Assembly (NCBI GenBank): GCA_030141605.1
Contig: JAQGDQ010000267.1
Location: forward strand, 186,001-250,000
Reading direction: 5' to 3'
DNA: 64,000 bases
Source: Tubiluchus corallicola
Taxonomy: Eukaryota > Animalia > Priapulida
The notes beneath the pieces were generated by a model. The model was not told where the DNA came from. It was given only the letters and a program-made list of their open reading frames with translations, and ran no database searches. Numbering within the stretch: position 1 is the first letter of the stretch; each line of letters begins with the position of its first letter. Positions 28,201-43,800 of the stretch are shown one piece after another. The position numbers were made by a program, and so were the translations under genes.

Positions 28201-30392
28201 ACAGTCTTTTGCTTGGTTAACTTGAATATTCGTTAAGTTTTATATAATCCTTAAAAATAGGCTGTTTCGAAGTTTTCGACATTATTCTGAGATTGGTACT
28301 GAAAACTAGTTAGATATGCTTATCTATAAACAGTTATTTTACGATGAACAGTTACTGCTTTAGTTTCGTTTTTGTTCACAAGAAGGGAAGCACGTGGGCT
28401 TAGAGAATGCTCAAGTTTGTCTATATTATATAACTAAGTTAATTATATGACAATATTTTAAATTTTCCAGTCTGCCGGATTGTGGCATGTGTTGGACTTG
28501 CTAAAGGTCTAAAATAAAACAATAAATACGAAAAAGCTGCAAGAAATACGATCTATTATGAGATAAAAAAGGACCAACAAGAAAATAAATAAAAATGATT
28601 TTATTTTGAGACGTGCAGCCCATAATAAAAAGAATAACTTATTAAGAAAAGGCGTGCAAGAAAATAACTACAAATATTTTTTTCATTTTGAGATGTGTTT
28701 AAATACTCTGATAAAAAATAAGAAAATCCAACGAGAAAATAACTAAAAAGTGCGTTTTATATTTTGCTAAGATATCGACATTGAACGATGATCATTTTAA
28801 CTGAATGATTTTAGTGTTTACTAGTAGCTCTGATAATGCCTGATCAAGATTTTGGTTTTAGTTAACAGTTATTACCTGGATAAAATGGAGTCTAATAAGG
28901 AACGGGAAACGCTGATGCTTTGTAAGGCAGTCGTTTAACGGCGGTGTACGGTGAAAGTTTTATTTCGTGAAAGTCAGTTGTAACAGTGTCTAAGGTCATT
29001 TAATTTAGTCAGCTCTTTTTACTTGATCAATTTGAACTTTTGAGAAGAATTTGAACTTGACAAAAGAATTTGTTCTAGTTGGAATGTTCAGTTGTTTAGT
29101 GGAATGCTCTATTGTTTAACATCCAGGGTTGCACATGCAAGCCTACTGGCTAGTTTAATGACCAGAAAATAGACAACCTCCATTTCGCTTAGGAATGCGC
29201 CAGCCCCTGAGCGCCAATTTATTTTCTTATTAAATGACAATTTTATTTTACTGGTGGCACGTTGTTTGCTGTTGGCAAGAATTTTAAGCACACAAACTTG
29301 TTCAAAGTTATGTAGTGTTAATGAAAGCTATATAGTTAAACGAAGATTTCCCATATTTCATTGTGTTGCATGTGTGATGACTTGGTTGTTTTTTCTTTGA
29401 GTAAGATTGGACCCTGCTTTTTTTCATGATTGCTAGTTGTCGGTATATTTTATACCTACAGCAATTTACCTTAATCAGCGTGTTCTTAATCAATGTGGAC
29501 ATTACCAAACAGCAATCACTGAATCTACTGTACAATGTATTTCAATTGACAAATGTTTTTCGATGTGCTAAAACTTGTAGCCCAACTATAGGTACCTGGA
29601 ATCAAAATTTACCCCTATACCACTATACACCTGTTCGACGTGCAATTATGAGTTGTTTACAAGGTTAACTCCTATCCCTCGCTTAGTTTTTTGTATTTTC
29701 TCAGCAGGACATGCGTTGAACAGGTGAAATAATGAGTAAAAATACAAGCGAAAGAGTTAACCGACTGCGCGGGGTAGCGTTTATGTGGTTAAACGTTTAT
29801 GATTGATGATGCAGTTTTAGTATTTAAGCCCCCAGGCTGGATTATTGCTAAAGAATTATAATCTTTGTCACATTTGGAATTCGTTCGGCGGGGTAGGAAT
29901 GTTGGTGGGATCTGAAATCACGCGGAGGTGTGTTCGTTTTTTACTCAACGTTAGTGCAAGGGCCCGCCCGAGAATGACTTAAAAAGTACTTCAGTTGTAA
30001 CGAGTGGTATTAACGCTTGTGCATAATTTTTTATCGGGTATAAATAACTGGAAAACTAAATCAACGTTAAATAGGAGTATTGAAATATAACTTCATTATT
30101 GCTTGAACGTGGAATTTTGCATAATAACATCTTGAATGGTGTTTAGGATCTGTAATGGGAACTCTTACATCATGCGTTACCGTGTTAGTTTGCCATTGTT
30201 GGTTTAATATGAAGATGTCTACTTTTTCCGAGCTTCTCAGTTTACGAGCTTTGATACTCGTACTCCTTCTTAGGTATTCCTCTTCGCATTCTGTATTTAG
30301 GTGTCGGATCTCTCTCTCTCTCTCTCTTTCTCTCTCTCCCTCCCTCCCCCTCCCTCCCCCCTCCCTCCCTCCCTCCCTCCCTTCCTCCCCCT

Positions 30393-30429
<37 letters not shown>

Positions 30430-31207
30430 CTCTCTCTCTCTCTCTCTCTCCGTCTCTCTCTCTCCGTCTCTCTCTCTGTCCGTCTCTCTCCCTCTCTCTG
30501 TCTCTCTCTGCTCCTGCTACTTTCGTTAACCCAATGGAATAATTCATGACAAACCCTAGGTGCAATGTATTACTCATAAAAATATTTATGGATTTTGTTA
30601 CCTCCTTTGTCGACGAGTTTTCACGCTCTGTCGCTTTCAAGGGCGAGCTGCCTGGCAAGAGTTAAACTTTGAAGTTTAGCGAAGGTGCTCCTCAAATTTG
30701 AAAACTGTCAGCCAGGTATGAGCTAATTAAAATGGTTCCAGCACATCTTTGATGTTTTATTGTTCCGGTTTTTAGGGTTTCATTGTTTCGGTTCTTTTCT
30801 TATCTCGGATGGGGTGATGTTGTCTCTCTTTTATTGCCTTATTGACTCAAGACTGTCTGTGATAATAAATAAAAAATAGATATAGCGACTGCTGTCAGCT
30901 CGTATTTTACTGATCTAATCATTTTTTTATTACTCATGCAGCATGTGTCAGTCATCCAGACAGTCAGTCAATCAACCAGGTCAAAATCGAAACGTGTTTT
31001 ATTCCAAATTTTGTCTTATTTCGTATTACGGTTTGTTTTCTCGTTTAATTTTCATTTTTCGTTCTTGCTTTCATTAGTAATGATGAGGAAAGTTGATTTT
31101 CTGTAGGGTTGATTCAGTAGAGTGATCTTGAATCCCTTTCGTGAATACATTTTCTTCTCTTTTTGCCCCCATCTTTCATTCTCTCTCTCCTTTCTCTCTC
31201 TCCCCCC

Positions 31208-31238
<31 letters not shown>

Positions 31239-34200
31239 GTTTTGTCATCCTCCACCCTTAAGAATTCCATCTATTCTTGGGAGTTTACCCGTCAGTAGGT
31301 CTATCTACTTAGCAAAGCAAACATACATCTCTTAATGAGGTGACACATTCCGCGGGTCCTTAGACAAGTTTCTTTGCTTTTTGAAAGTGGAATGACCAAC
31401 TAACTTGCCTCGTTTCAAATCCAAGGAATTTTATCACCTGGGGGTAGATTGGTCTTAATTATTGTTACAATGAGGGTGCAAAGTTTTTATGCGCCATGTT
31501 TTCTCATAATGACTTAATACAATTCATAATCTTGGATAAAAAGCTGAAAACTTAAAAAAAATAATTTGCGTGATACTGTATTTCTGTTTATCTCGTTAGC
31601 GATTTTACAATTTTAGTGCAATTAGAGTGGTTATCTTTTACTGATTATGATTGCGCAGACTGTTGTAATACTTAGGCCCCGCGCAGGTATGGAGTTTTTG
31701 GTTGTGCAATTAAAAATTGCAAAATCTGTAAATTGTTTCGAGAATCAAGATGCAGGTGATTTTGCATATTATGCCACAACAAAGTGTACTGTACACAATA
31801 CTAGTGTCGCCCTCTATAAGAAATATTTAACTAATACAATAGCTACTGTAACTTTAGAGATGTTTTATGCGACGGCACGCGTTAAGCCTGCATATTGCAG
31901 CAGTTTACTTGGTTTTTCGACATCATAAAAACATTTTTGACAGGTTTTGTACATTGCCCTGGTAACAGTAGTTAGTTATGCAAATCATGGTTGGCATTTT
32001 CTGACGAAAATTACCACGGATTAGGTGTATTTTGTCCAGGAATTATCCGTCTTAATCTTCAGATTATCCTTCTTAATCTTTTTAAAAGTTGTTGTTCCTC
32101 GGTAATTGCACATCTTTTATCTCATTGGCTTGCAATTCAAACTTACACTAGTTTTCTTATTATTTTGAATGATTTTTCATACGCGTGATCACTATGACTT
32201 TGTGTTACAAATGTACTTTCTTTTATTTGTTATTGCACAAAATATGCAATGCCGTTCATTTATTTTTTCTCCGGTTTGATAGCTGTGGTTAATTGGGTTC
32301 GATTCCAACTGGGCATTAACTGCACTACAGCCTGCACTTTATTTTGTCCAAATTGCAAGTTCTGCAAGTAGACACTATATTTAACGGTAAAATGTGCAAG
32401 GCATTTCCCTTGACCATATATTTTGAAACATTTTATTTTATAAGCACATTAATTACACGTGTATATATTGACACGGCGCCCAGAAAATTGATCTGGTCTC
32501 TAATTCAGCCTAATTACCTAATTGCGTTTTTTGCTGTGGAATCCACCTAACATAACAACAGCAAAGTCGTTCCTAATATGAAGTATTTTTCTGTATCATC
32601 TAATGCTTTAGTTTGGGATTGTTTAGCTGGTTTAATTTGTGTGGATTACAAAGTGACAGCCTATAAAATCTTATTGTGATCGGAAGACCTCTATGTTCCC
32701 TTCATATAATTCATTTGTAGGTAGGGTACTAAGTCATTGCATCCAGGTGTGGGCCCTTACTTTTCGTGTGCCAGATGGTTTCATTGGAATAAAATTGTAA
32801 ACTAAACTTGATAATGGGCGAGGTAAGTAGCTGCGTGAACCTGGTATATGCTTGCCTACGAAAAAATGGTCTGTAGTTAGTAAATGGATTGGCGACCAAT
32901 TCGTTGCATTGAGTGATCGGAAAATAGTTTCTTAGCGATTTCATCCGTTTAGCGTTTAGTTACCGGCTATTTCTGTTGATTCTCTAGTAAATGGATTGGT
33001 ATCCAATTCGTTGTGATAAGTGATCGGAAAATAGTTTTTTAGCGATTTCATCCGTTTACCGTTTAGTTTCCGGCTATTTCTGTTGATTCTATTAAATCGA
33101 TTAATCTTGATAACAAACAGGTTCCTGTCTGGCCACATTCACCTACATTAACTTGGTCCTGAGACGTTTGGTGTTTGAGAGTGTCGAACTGGATACAGGA
33201 TGATAAAAATAATCAAACACTTTAATTGACGTAGCTATTGTGTAAAGAATAAGTGCCCTTGGGTAGCTTTCCGTACTCCTGCTTAGTCAAAGCTTTCATG
33301 CCTCCTGGAATATTTTTTCTCATCTTCTTGGACTGTTTGCTCTTCTTAAGCGGCTCTGGGAACATCACCCTGATGGCTGGTTTACGTTTGAGAGGTCTTC
33401 TCTTATGCTAATTTCGCCCCAATAAAGGAAAGTCAAGGAGAGGTACTTTGTGTGAGGTGGATGAAATGCATTTAGGGTGGTAATTATTGCACTTGTCTTT
33501 AGAAGTCGGCATGAACAGCCCAAAATTTATCTTCATGTTCCTTTGCAAAGACAGAAATGAGGAATATTGATGTTACGAAAGTTTGTAATAAAAAATTTTG
33601 GAATTTGGTTTCACGCAATGTTGTGCTATACTCGTTTTCTGTATTTTTATGTTATGCCGACTTTTTCGTTCATATGACAAGGTAACTATATGTCTGTCTA
33701 GCTGCATATATATGTATATTCTATTTTATTACAGTGTACTATACGCTTTGCTGTCATACTGAGCAAAATATGTGAAAAATTACGCTAAAATTTTTATAGC
33801 TGATTACTTTAAGCCAAAAACATTTGTTAAAACATACATAGGCATATGTGGCAGGCAGATAGTTAATTTACACTGATTCAAATGTAAGTAATATTGTATA
33901 TAATCCGTGCACAATGGAATTTATAAATTAACTATATTGTTGTGCATTGTTTGGCTCACTCGCCAGGTTCTGCTACATTTTAAGCTGTCTTTGGCCTCGA
34001 TTCTGGTGCGCTTACTTTTTGTGTTCGAAACGAGTAAGCATAGTTCTTCGAGTGGTAATAACATTAAAATTCATGTGTACAGTCATTTATTCAGTTATTT
34101 GTTAGCGACAAAAACGTGAACTAGTTTTATAAAAAGGCTTTGCGTACTCATGTTCGAATGCGACATAGCGTGAAGTGGGCTTGGTTGGGTTTATTACAAG

Positions 34201-34743
34201 ATTTAAGCAAGTTTTAATGGATGAAGCTTAACATCAGTCAGTTTAATTTTTATATCCGCCCACAATTTTGTTTATGATTAATACAACCCTATTATAACAG
34301 TACTGGGTGGGAGGAAGGTCGCCTAATAGTTATAAATATGTTTTTGTGCGTCACCCCGCCAAATAATAAACAACTTCCGGTGGTGCTGTGGCGCTGCGAT
34401 CGGCTTTATTTTTTATAAAACATTTCCGACAGCATTTTTTGCTTATTCAAAGAATGATTTTTGTGTTAATGAAGGTAGCCTGGTTTTTCTCACTGAATCT
34501 AGTGTAAATGTGTTTTAAATTGCGCACATCTGGGTGGGGGTTTATTTATGGGTGTGCGGGGGCGGGAGCAGCGCATGAATGGGATTCCTGAGCCGGACCG
34601 CCGCAAAGAGAAATGCATATTCGTTAGATATGTCCATTTTTATTCTAAATGGAGTGCTGCGTGTCGTACTCTAACTGTGCGTTTAATTGGCTCTCGATGA
34701 TAGGAAAAAGCAGGCGTGTCAACGTCCCTTGACTTATTTTACA

Positions 34744-34821
<78 letters not shown>

Positions 34822-37800
34822 CTCTCTCTCTCTCTCTCCCTCTCTCTCTCTCTCCCCCCCTCTCTCTCTCTCGTCTTTCTCTCTTTCCCGTGCTCTCTCA
34901 CTCATTCTTCTTTGTGTCCTTCTTTCTCGTCCCACATTTTTGTTTTCTCCCTTTCTTGTATTTATGAAGAATCTTCTACTCGCGCATGCTAGTGTAATGC
35001 TGAATTTAGAAGTCCACAGAGTGAAGTTCACTGAGTGAAGAATATCACTTATTTGTATTTGTATACGCCTCCATGATTATTTGCTCACGTTGCCAAATAT
35101 GAAAGCAACTTTAATTATTTGTTCACTGACTTGTTGATGACTTACTGGATAGTGTGCACACGTCTAAATGTCCTTATCTACGTATAAATTCACTTAATTT
35201 TTAATTTTATTTTCACTTATGAGATTTGATCCCACATTTTACCGTCTGTTCTAATGATATTGTGCACTTGACCTGCTGTGTCCACTTGCCACTTGTCGTA
35301 AGTTCATGTACTCGGAGAGTGTTATTTTGTTCTTTTATGCCATGCAAATCCGGCATGACAGATTCAGCAAATTCTAACCAAAAGAATCGTCCCTCTTTTT
35401 CCACTTTTGTCACCTGGGCCAATAGAATATTTATGTCGTCACTGACTTTGGAGGTTTTATTCTTTTATGTTATTTTTGCTTGTTTATCTCGTACCTCGTT
35501 GAGGCAGGATGTATATGCATCCAAATAATTCGAATTTTTCTGTGTTGTCTGTATCTAGATTCAGAGAGTTATTCTTAATTATGAGCTAGGTTTCGGTCGC
35601 GCCGCAGCCATTATAAACAGGCTTTGAGTGCCGAATACTAGCTTGCAGTTGCCTATCACGTTACTGTATTTCAAAAAACGTTACTGTGTCAAATTCCAGA
35701 TAGTTTTTCTTTAATAGATTAAGTCCAGTGCGCCAGGTATGAGCTGTACAACCTCTAATCCTGTCCATTCAAAGCGTACAATAACACAGTTTAGTTTAAT
35801 GCGGATTATCTGAGCTTGATCCTCTAACAGCTTGACAAAATCAACGGTCTGAATGACTGCCTGCCTGTTGCAATTTGTCAGCTGGAATTTGGAAGGGAGG
35901 GCGCGCGCATGTGTGTGCGTAGCGGGCTGTGAGAATAAGTGGAATATTGAGGATAGCTTGTTGTAAAATTTACCGTCTTGTCACCAAACCGACGTTATGT
36001 AGCTTCTTAGGTCAATTTGAAAATATTGTCCGTTTTTTGCTCCTTTTCCTTTCTCTTTTTGTCTCCCCACACTCTGTCTCTTTCTCTTTATCCTCTCGCT
36101 CTCATCCACTACTTCCCTCTCTCCCTTTTTCTCTTTTCAAGCCCTATCATATCCTTTCCTTCCCCAATTTCCTTCATAAGCTTCTTCTAATGTCACATTT
36201 TAAGAATTCCGTGTTCAAAAGACGCCATATTTTAGTTTCAAGAGGGTTTTCGTCTTGAGTGCTTGAAACTGGAAGACTTCCTGTTCGGGGCTTGGCTTGA
36301 AGTGTATGATGATTGTAATAGATTTTCTTCATCATTCTAGAAATGGTTGTGCTTTATCTGTGACAGTAATGGCTGTTGTAAGAGTTTCCTTAGCCTTCGG
36401 CTTGTGACTGTTTACTTTTCTGTTAAAAACGTTTAAGCTTTTAGCTCCTTTATTATTTAATCTCAGTTTAGATGTAATGTGAATAAAACACATGCCGTCC
36501 AGTGTTTTTTGTTTATCAGGTTCAAATTAAGTCGATCACTGATAAAAAGTTTGGGAGAATTCAACGCACACAAAATTTGGTCTGACAGACTTAAAATATC
36601 TTTGATATTCTAATTTATTAAGATTTGGTTTTCTTTGTTGACTAGACTCTTTTCTATCTTTACACTTTAGAGCATTTTTGCTCAAGAAAAAGAGTTCGTT
36701 TGCATTTAAACTGTGGTTTTCTGTAAGGGGGATAAATTAAAGTAATTTTGTTTTTAATTTAATTTAGGTGTTTCTGGATGACTATAAGGAAGGCCAGCCT
36801 GCTATTTTGCGTTATGATATTGGAACTGGACATCAGATAGAACCAAGTCTTGCCAGAGATCCGACTGGCAGTCACCTTTACCTGTTGTCTAATGATAAGG
36901 TATCATTTTATAATCACTTAAAGATGTTTCCATAAGATACTGCCTGTAAAATATTGATTTTTTTATGATTGATCATGTATAATAGTTATACATATACATA
37001 TAATGCTTACACTTTTTTTTGAAATTTTGCAATTTTTTAAGTTTTTTGAAATTTTACAACTATAAAGCTGTGGTTTCAGTTCTGTTACTGTTTTATGTCA
37101 GGTTTGCTACATTTGCATAATTTGGGTTTTTTTTCATAATTGAACACTTTAAATCACAGGGGTTTCAATAACTTTATGCCTATTTTTGTACTTGTTTTGC
37201 TCCTAATTACAAATTTCCTGTTTCCTGTTGTGCATTCTATACAAAATTGATTCAGTGTATTTGTTTTCCGTTTTATTAGATTTATGTTGTGATAGTTACA
37301 ATTTATTCATTTCAAGTTGTAAAACTTTTGGGTGCTTTTTGCCTTCGAGGTGGAAAACTTCAAATAGGTGCTAAATTAATTACACACACAGTAATTTGCA
37401 TAAGTCTAAATTTCCTATATTTATTAAATTTCTCATGTTTTACCTTGCAGGTGGTGAAGTTTCCTATGTTCACGTGTGAGTTCTACACGGATTGTTCGAG
37501 ATGTGTGACCACGCCGGATCCACTTGGTTGTGGATGGTGTGGAGACCATTGTTCACGAGAGAAACAATGCCAGACCAACGTGTGGACCAGAAGCTGCCCT
37601 CCTATAATTAATTCGGTATGCATTAGCAAATACCTTAGGGAGTATGAACTTGCGATAAACTGGAAGTGAACAAATTTTCATTAATTTCCATTTCAGGCAA
37701 TATATGTCATAAGGTGCTTTGTAATTTCAACTGGATAATCTACTCTTGCTAAAATCTACATATTTCAAACAGTTGCAATCACCTTGCTGTTCTTAATACT

Positions 37801-40800
37801 GTGTGTTGTGTCTTTCACTTTACCTTATGCAACTATTAATATTTTCTTGTTAAATATTTTTTTACTTATTTGGCACAAAAAGCAGTGTATCCACTGGCAT
37901 AAGAGTTTCTTCTTTGGTTTAATGAAAATGACTTTAAGTTGTAACAATATCGATCAGCATCTAAATGCTCCCTAAGGAGCTGCACTGAGTTAACATGGAG
38001 ACTAAGTGATCTGATGTGGTTCAAAAGCTTTCCTCTTAGATGCTGAGTGTTTTATCTAGGTTTATAGTACCGATAGCCGCTGTGCTCACATTTATTTCCC
38101 TCTTGTATCATTATTTATCTTCTGATACCGTTCAGCAGTATATTATGTTACTGCGTATGGTAAATTATGAAAAATTACTTTTATATCCATACCGTGCAAG
38201 TAGAAAATAATCATCACATATGTGCAGTAAATCAGTAGTGACGTCATATTATGAGCGAAATGCTGCACAGTTTTTTCAAAGTTATAGTTGATTCTAAAAC
38301 TGTCTGTTTACACAGATTTGTTGATTTTGTCATGGTTTGTGTAAACAGATGCTGCACATTAATTTCTGAATCATGGGGAACTAAAATCTAAAAATGGCTC
38401 GGCTAATGCCACATGCTGGTAGTTTAGCTTCTCGAGGACTCGCTGACTATGGGTTCGATTCTAGGAAGAAAATGTTTAGGAAGTGGCAGCGTTTGTATTT
38501 GCTGCTTAGCACTTGAAATATGAAAGTTAGTTTAATTTGTGATGGAATTGACTAGTCATACTGCTACAGGTCTTGTTAGAAAGTTTTGATTATGACCCAT
38601 TCCTGTTAATGATGCAGGCTTCATTGTACAGCTTTAATGCCTGTTACAATTCGTTACCCTTTTGCTTGCGATGCACAGAAGCTTTCTTTGTCCTGAATTA
38701 CTTGTCCGGTTAAAGAATTGTATGGTTATTGTAAAAATCAAATATTACATTAAAATATTACTTTAGTCTAAAGTGATGGAACGTCCTTGGTAATACTTGT
38801 GTTGTCCACATCTTGGAACTTGATTCATAATGTACGACGACTGCATGAATGTTCACTCTTTGTTAAACTGTTTACTTGTGCCAAATTAAAACCAGTGAGA
38901 CACGAAATTCGTAGACCGTTCCCCGTGTATAAATTTGCCTTTTGCCAATTTTGCTGAAACTGCAGTTTTTGAGTTTGCATGGCTGTAATTATTTTATTAT
39001 TTATTTTTTATTGCACGTTATTATTTGTTTGTTGCCAGAAATTGTATAAACTGTTTTGAAAGTGAACTCAAATTTCTCCATTTTTTCTTTGGTTTATTAG
39101 GATTTCAGTTATAATCCCATATCTTCTCCTTATCTAGGTGTTTCCGCTTTCTGGTCCTGTTCAGGGTGGCACGCTTCTTGAGATCCAAGGGAACAACTTT
39201 GGTTCATCGGATGCTGGTCTCATCTCAGTAGAGCTCTCAACATCAGCGTGCATTGTCAACAAATGGAATATGACTGTGTATGTATAATACAATTTGTTTA
39301 CTACTGAATTATTACAAAAGTTTTTTTTGGAAAAAAGTTGACATAATAAAAGTGTTTGCCATTTTGTCTAGCTTCTTCTTTCTAAGAAGAAAACTAGAAA
39401 CCTCAGAGCTAGGAAATGCATATATTCTAGATCATAGGTGAAAACTGTGAGGGCAACGTGGACTTTTGTGATCGTCGTCATCATCGTTGTCATTGCCATG
39501 GTCATTATCATCATCATCATCATTGTTTAAAATTAGTCTGCTAAAGTGATTAGATGACATGCCTTGTTGTACATTTTTTGTTGGATAAACTTACAGCATA
39601 AATAGCAGACTACTATACATACGTTGTTACACATAACTTTATTCTTGAGCACTCAGTTTTTTTATCTTCAGAATCTGGTGTCGTACGAGCAAGTCAGAGG
39701 TGGAACTCAGTACAAGGGTTGCCGTCGAAGTCCATGACAAAACACTCAAATCTGCCCACTATCGGATTAGCGGTGTTGCCACATCAGATCACCTATTCCG
39801 CTATGCAGTAAGTTACTGAAACTTCCTGTTTATCATTACTAGTCTTGAACTCAAGACTGTGTGGTTGCAGTCCTAAATCTAAACCACTCAGCTATCCAAC
39901 CCAACCCAGCACTAATCTCATTTTCAATTATCTTTGCAGCCAATTGACTAACAAATTTAATCTGGTGCTAAAGTTTCAAATTACTCAAGAAGAGATTTTT
40001 TAGTCCGCATTTGAAGTTTTTACGTCATTTTTTCTACTCCCATCCAAAGCAGAAGTGCATAATATCCCTGTGTGGCATGTTGGTGTAAATTAAAATCAGT
40101 AATGCTTATGCCCCCTAAAAGCTTGTGTTATTTGATGCCCTTAAAGCCTCATGAATCCGGAGACATGCCAAGCAAATTGTCATTTACTTCCTGTTGTTAT
40201 TGCTAGTAATGTTTGATAAGTTTTAAATAGTACTGAGGGACTTTTGAAACACCAAATGTTGTGGTGGGTGAAGAATTATAAGTTATATTAATATGTCTGA
40301 TGAACCTGATCTCATTTTCATCCAAAAGTCGTCGTGTCGAAATGTGATATGGTCTTCTAATCTAACCTGAAATCTGGTGGTCTTATCGCATTGACTTTGA
40401 CTTATGTGTTTTTATTTTGTTCTGGCCTTGAGTAATCTAGTCCTACATTTTGTGGTCCACTTTTAGATTTATAAACCTTTTCAGAATTGTTTGTTTAGAT
40501 TTGTCTAAACTACTACATGTCTAAATTCGTGTGCTTTGAATTTAAAGTTTCTGGTTCAGTTGCAATCTTGTTTTGTCTGTTATTTATAGCAGTAAAAGTA
40601 TCCGCTTAACAGTTCATTCTAGTTGCACAAAGTTTGTTTATTTTACGCAAGCCGTTTATTTATAGATGCATTAACTAACTGCAAACATTCATCAGTTTAC
40701 GATTTACGAGCAAGTAAACTCCGGATCTGTGCATCGGCTCTCACTTTGTATCATTCATTTTTACAGATTCCGGAGATGACGGCATTTAGTCCGCTGCAGG

Positions 40801-43800
40801 GGCCTTTGTCCGGTGAAACAAACATCACAATTGTTGGTGAAAACTTGGACATCGGTCGGACACATTTTGTGAAGATTGCGGGGAGTGACTGCTCCATCTA
40901 CCGGTGAATAAATAACTTATGCAAAGGGAACAGCTTCTAGGAATTGACATGTTTTTATTTACAGTAGTGAGGAGCGTTTTAATTTACAGCCACTATCAAG
41001 TTAAAAAAATTCCTTTGTAGTATAAAGTAAGAGTTACAAAGCTGTAAGATGTAAAATGTTGTCTTGATAGTGCTTGCAAACAGAAACATTTGTCTCTACA
41101 GTTTTAGAACAATTTACAAAAACATTGTTACATTGTGTTACCATCTGCAGATGGTAGCATTGTAAATTCTTCTAAAATTGTAGGGATAACTGTTTCTGTT
41201 TGCAAGCACTATTAAGACAACATTACAACATTTTACCTCTTTTTCAGCTTTGTAACCTTTACTTTACACTACAAATAGTAAAGTGTTCAACAAGAATCAT
41301 CGAAAATTGAACTTGATACTGTAATATAACCATTTTGCACCTAATTGTTTTATTTTGTCCTAAGATACCTGCAAGTACCTGAAATTTTAGCCTTTAGTAA
41401 TTGGACAAAACCACCGAATGACTAAAATTGAGAATAGGGGGAGAGTGTGTGAAATGCAGAGCATTGACTTGCAGCACAGATTTATTAGACCACATTTACG
41501 AAACTGTATCTGAATAAAAAGTGCACGACTGTGGCTTAATTTTTTGTAATAATTTATTCATTTTAAGTAAACTTTGCTTGAACATTACCTTTATACAGGC
41601 TCTCAAGTACAATGGTGCAGTGCAGTACCAGTAAGAAGGCAGTGCCCAAAGCAAGTTTATTGAGAATGGCAATAGATGGGGCTGTGTTGCTATCTGAGCA
41701 GAAGTTCAAGTATATGGAGGATCCAGTGATTGGGGAAATCAGTCCAAAAACTAGTTTTGTCAAGTACGTTCACCCTCTTATATATACATGTTATATATAT
41801 AATATATTATATGTTATATATTATATATTTTCTGCCTGGTGAAATGGTTTTCCTAAAGAAAGTATCATGGAACGTGACAGCTGTACAATAACTTGTTGCG
41901 ATGTTTGTCATAAGAATTTTTGCCTTTTTAGTTTTTTTTAATACATTCTTATTATTTGTTCTAGTTTTTATGTACTGCTGTAGTGTTGTAATTTTTCTAT
42001 AGACTGCAATTTATTTTTTTATTTCAGGGGAGGAGTGCCTATCACTGTTACAGGGTCTCGTCTCAATGTTGTTGCAGATCCGCGAATGAAAATGAAGGTT
42101 GGACGTTTCACGTTTATATCGGTATGTGGCAGTTTATTCAACTTTGACGTGGTTTTATATAAATTTAAGTCTGTACTTAAGTGACGCAATGATGTAGCGA
42201 TGCAGTAAGGTGCTTGAAAAAATTCTTATATGTTTTTGCTGCAATAGCAAACATGACTTAAATTATTGTAGTTATTACAAGTGCTGCTTATAGCACATGA
42301 GTGATTGTGCAAATTATTTTTTCTGTATTAATTGCAGTCATTTTAGTTCAGCACTTTAGTATATTGATCCAGTTCATGATGACATCTAGTTGACCTTGGA
42401 AAATTTATTTATTTATGTTTTATGAACATTCTGTGTTGTATAAAAATGTTGTATAAAGTATAAAGTTGTGAAACTTTCTTTCAAAACTGTGGATTGTATA
42501 AAATCTACATGAATTCTATTTGAACTCCAAATATCAGTGAAAGTTTTTTCTGGCATTTGTGAACTGGTAGTCCTCGTCTTACGACCAAATTCCACTTAAT
42601 TAATTAATTATGCAAAATCAACTATAACTCAATATTTTTATAGTTTTTAAACAAATTAACTTTAAGTCGCTATCTATTGCGACAAATTCATCGTAGCCAT
42701 TGCCATACTTACTGTACATATACATACAATGTCGCGTATGTAGGGATGCACTGCTTGAATGTACGGGTCCAACTTGCATCCAGTTCATCTTGTGACAACT
42801 TCGCCTGAACCGACTGTGGTCGTCGATGAATATTTGTAATAGAGAATTGCAGTAACAGTTATTGAGGAGTTTAGTATGAACTAACTGAGAGATGTCTAAG
42901 AGAATCAAATTTTCTTTTTTTTTCATTTAACATCTTGTCCTTTTAGTCATGCACACCAAACATCAATGGATCAGAGATGGTCTGCCCTGCTCCAGACATC
43001 ACTGACGTCTCAGTGATTGCAACTCGGGACCTTCCCTTCCAGACATACATGTTCTTCATCATGGACGGAGTGGCCGACAATTTCTCCATCGAGGCTTCAT
43101 CCGCACGCTGGTTCCTGTACTATCCTAACCCAGATTTCTTTCCATTCCCAGATGGACACAAGGAGGTCAGTCTCATCTCTAATGATGGGAACATGCAGCT
43201 GGAGGTATTGTGTTTTGTGAAGTTTTCTCGTCTTGTGCCGATACGTCTGTTTAGCTTAAAAACTTGTTTTTTATCTTTTAACATTTGAATTGTTTTATTA
43301 GAGCTTTAGCAGCATTCACGCAATTTTTATTATTCATGACTTTTATGTATTTATAAGTATTGTTCGTACTTACATTTTTGCTCAGCTCAAATTTATTATT
43401 TTGTCAAAAGAACTATTTATCTATTGTACACTCTGTGTAACCTCTTAAACCAATCCCGAAAATGCGTTTTCTTTGCTGTGCCATGATCTGGTGATCGATC
43501 TATAAACGCTGGTTGTTTTTTTACAATTATCATAATTATTTTTCCATTTCAGGGTAACAATCTTGACCTTGGTTATGAGATGGACCAGCTGCATATAACC
43601 ATTGGTGAACTGGGAGAGTGTAACGTCACCAAAGTTATGGAAAAAGTCGTATACTGCATGCCACCTGTATTAGGCGGAGTGAATCCGAGTGATACATTTC
43701 ATGTGCAGGTAATCAGCTGTTTGGATGATAATGTGTAATAAACAAAATAGAATCAAAAGTTACCACTCAAGTTATTTGATTAGTGTTTCTAATACGTCAC

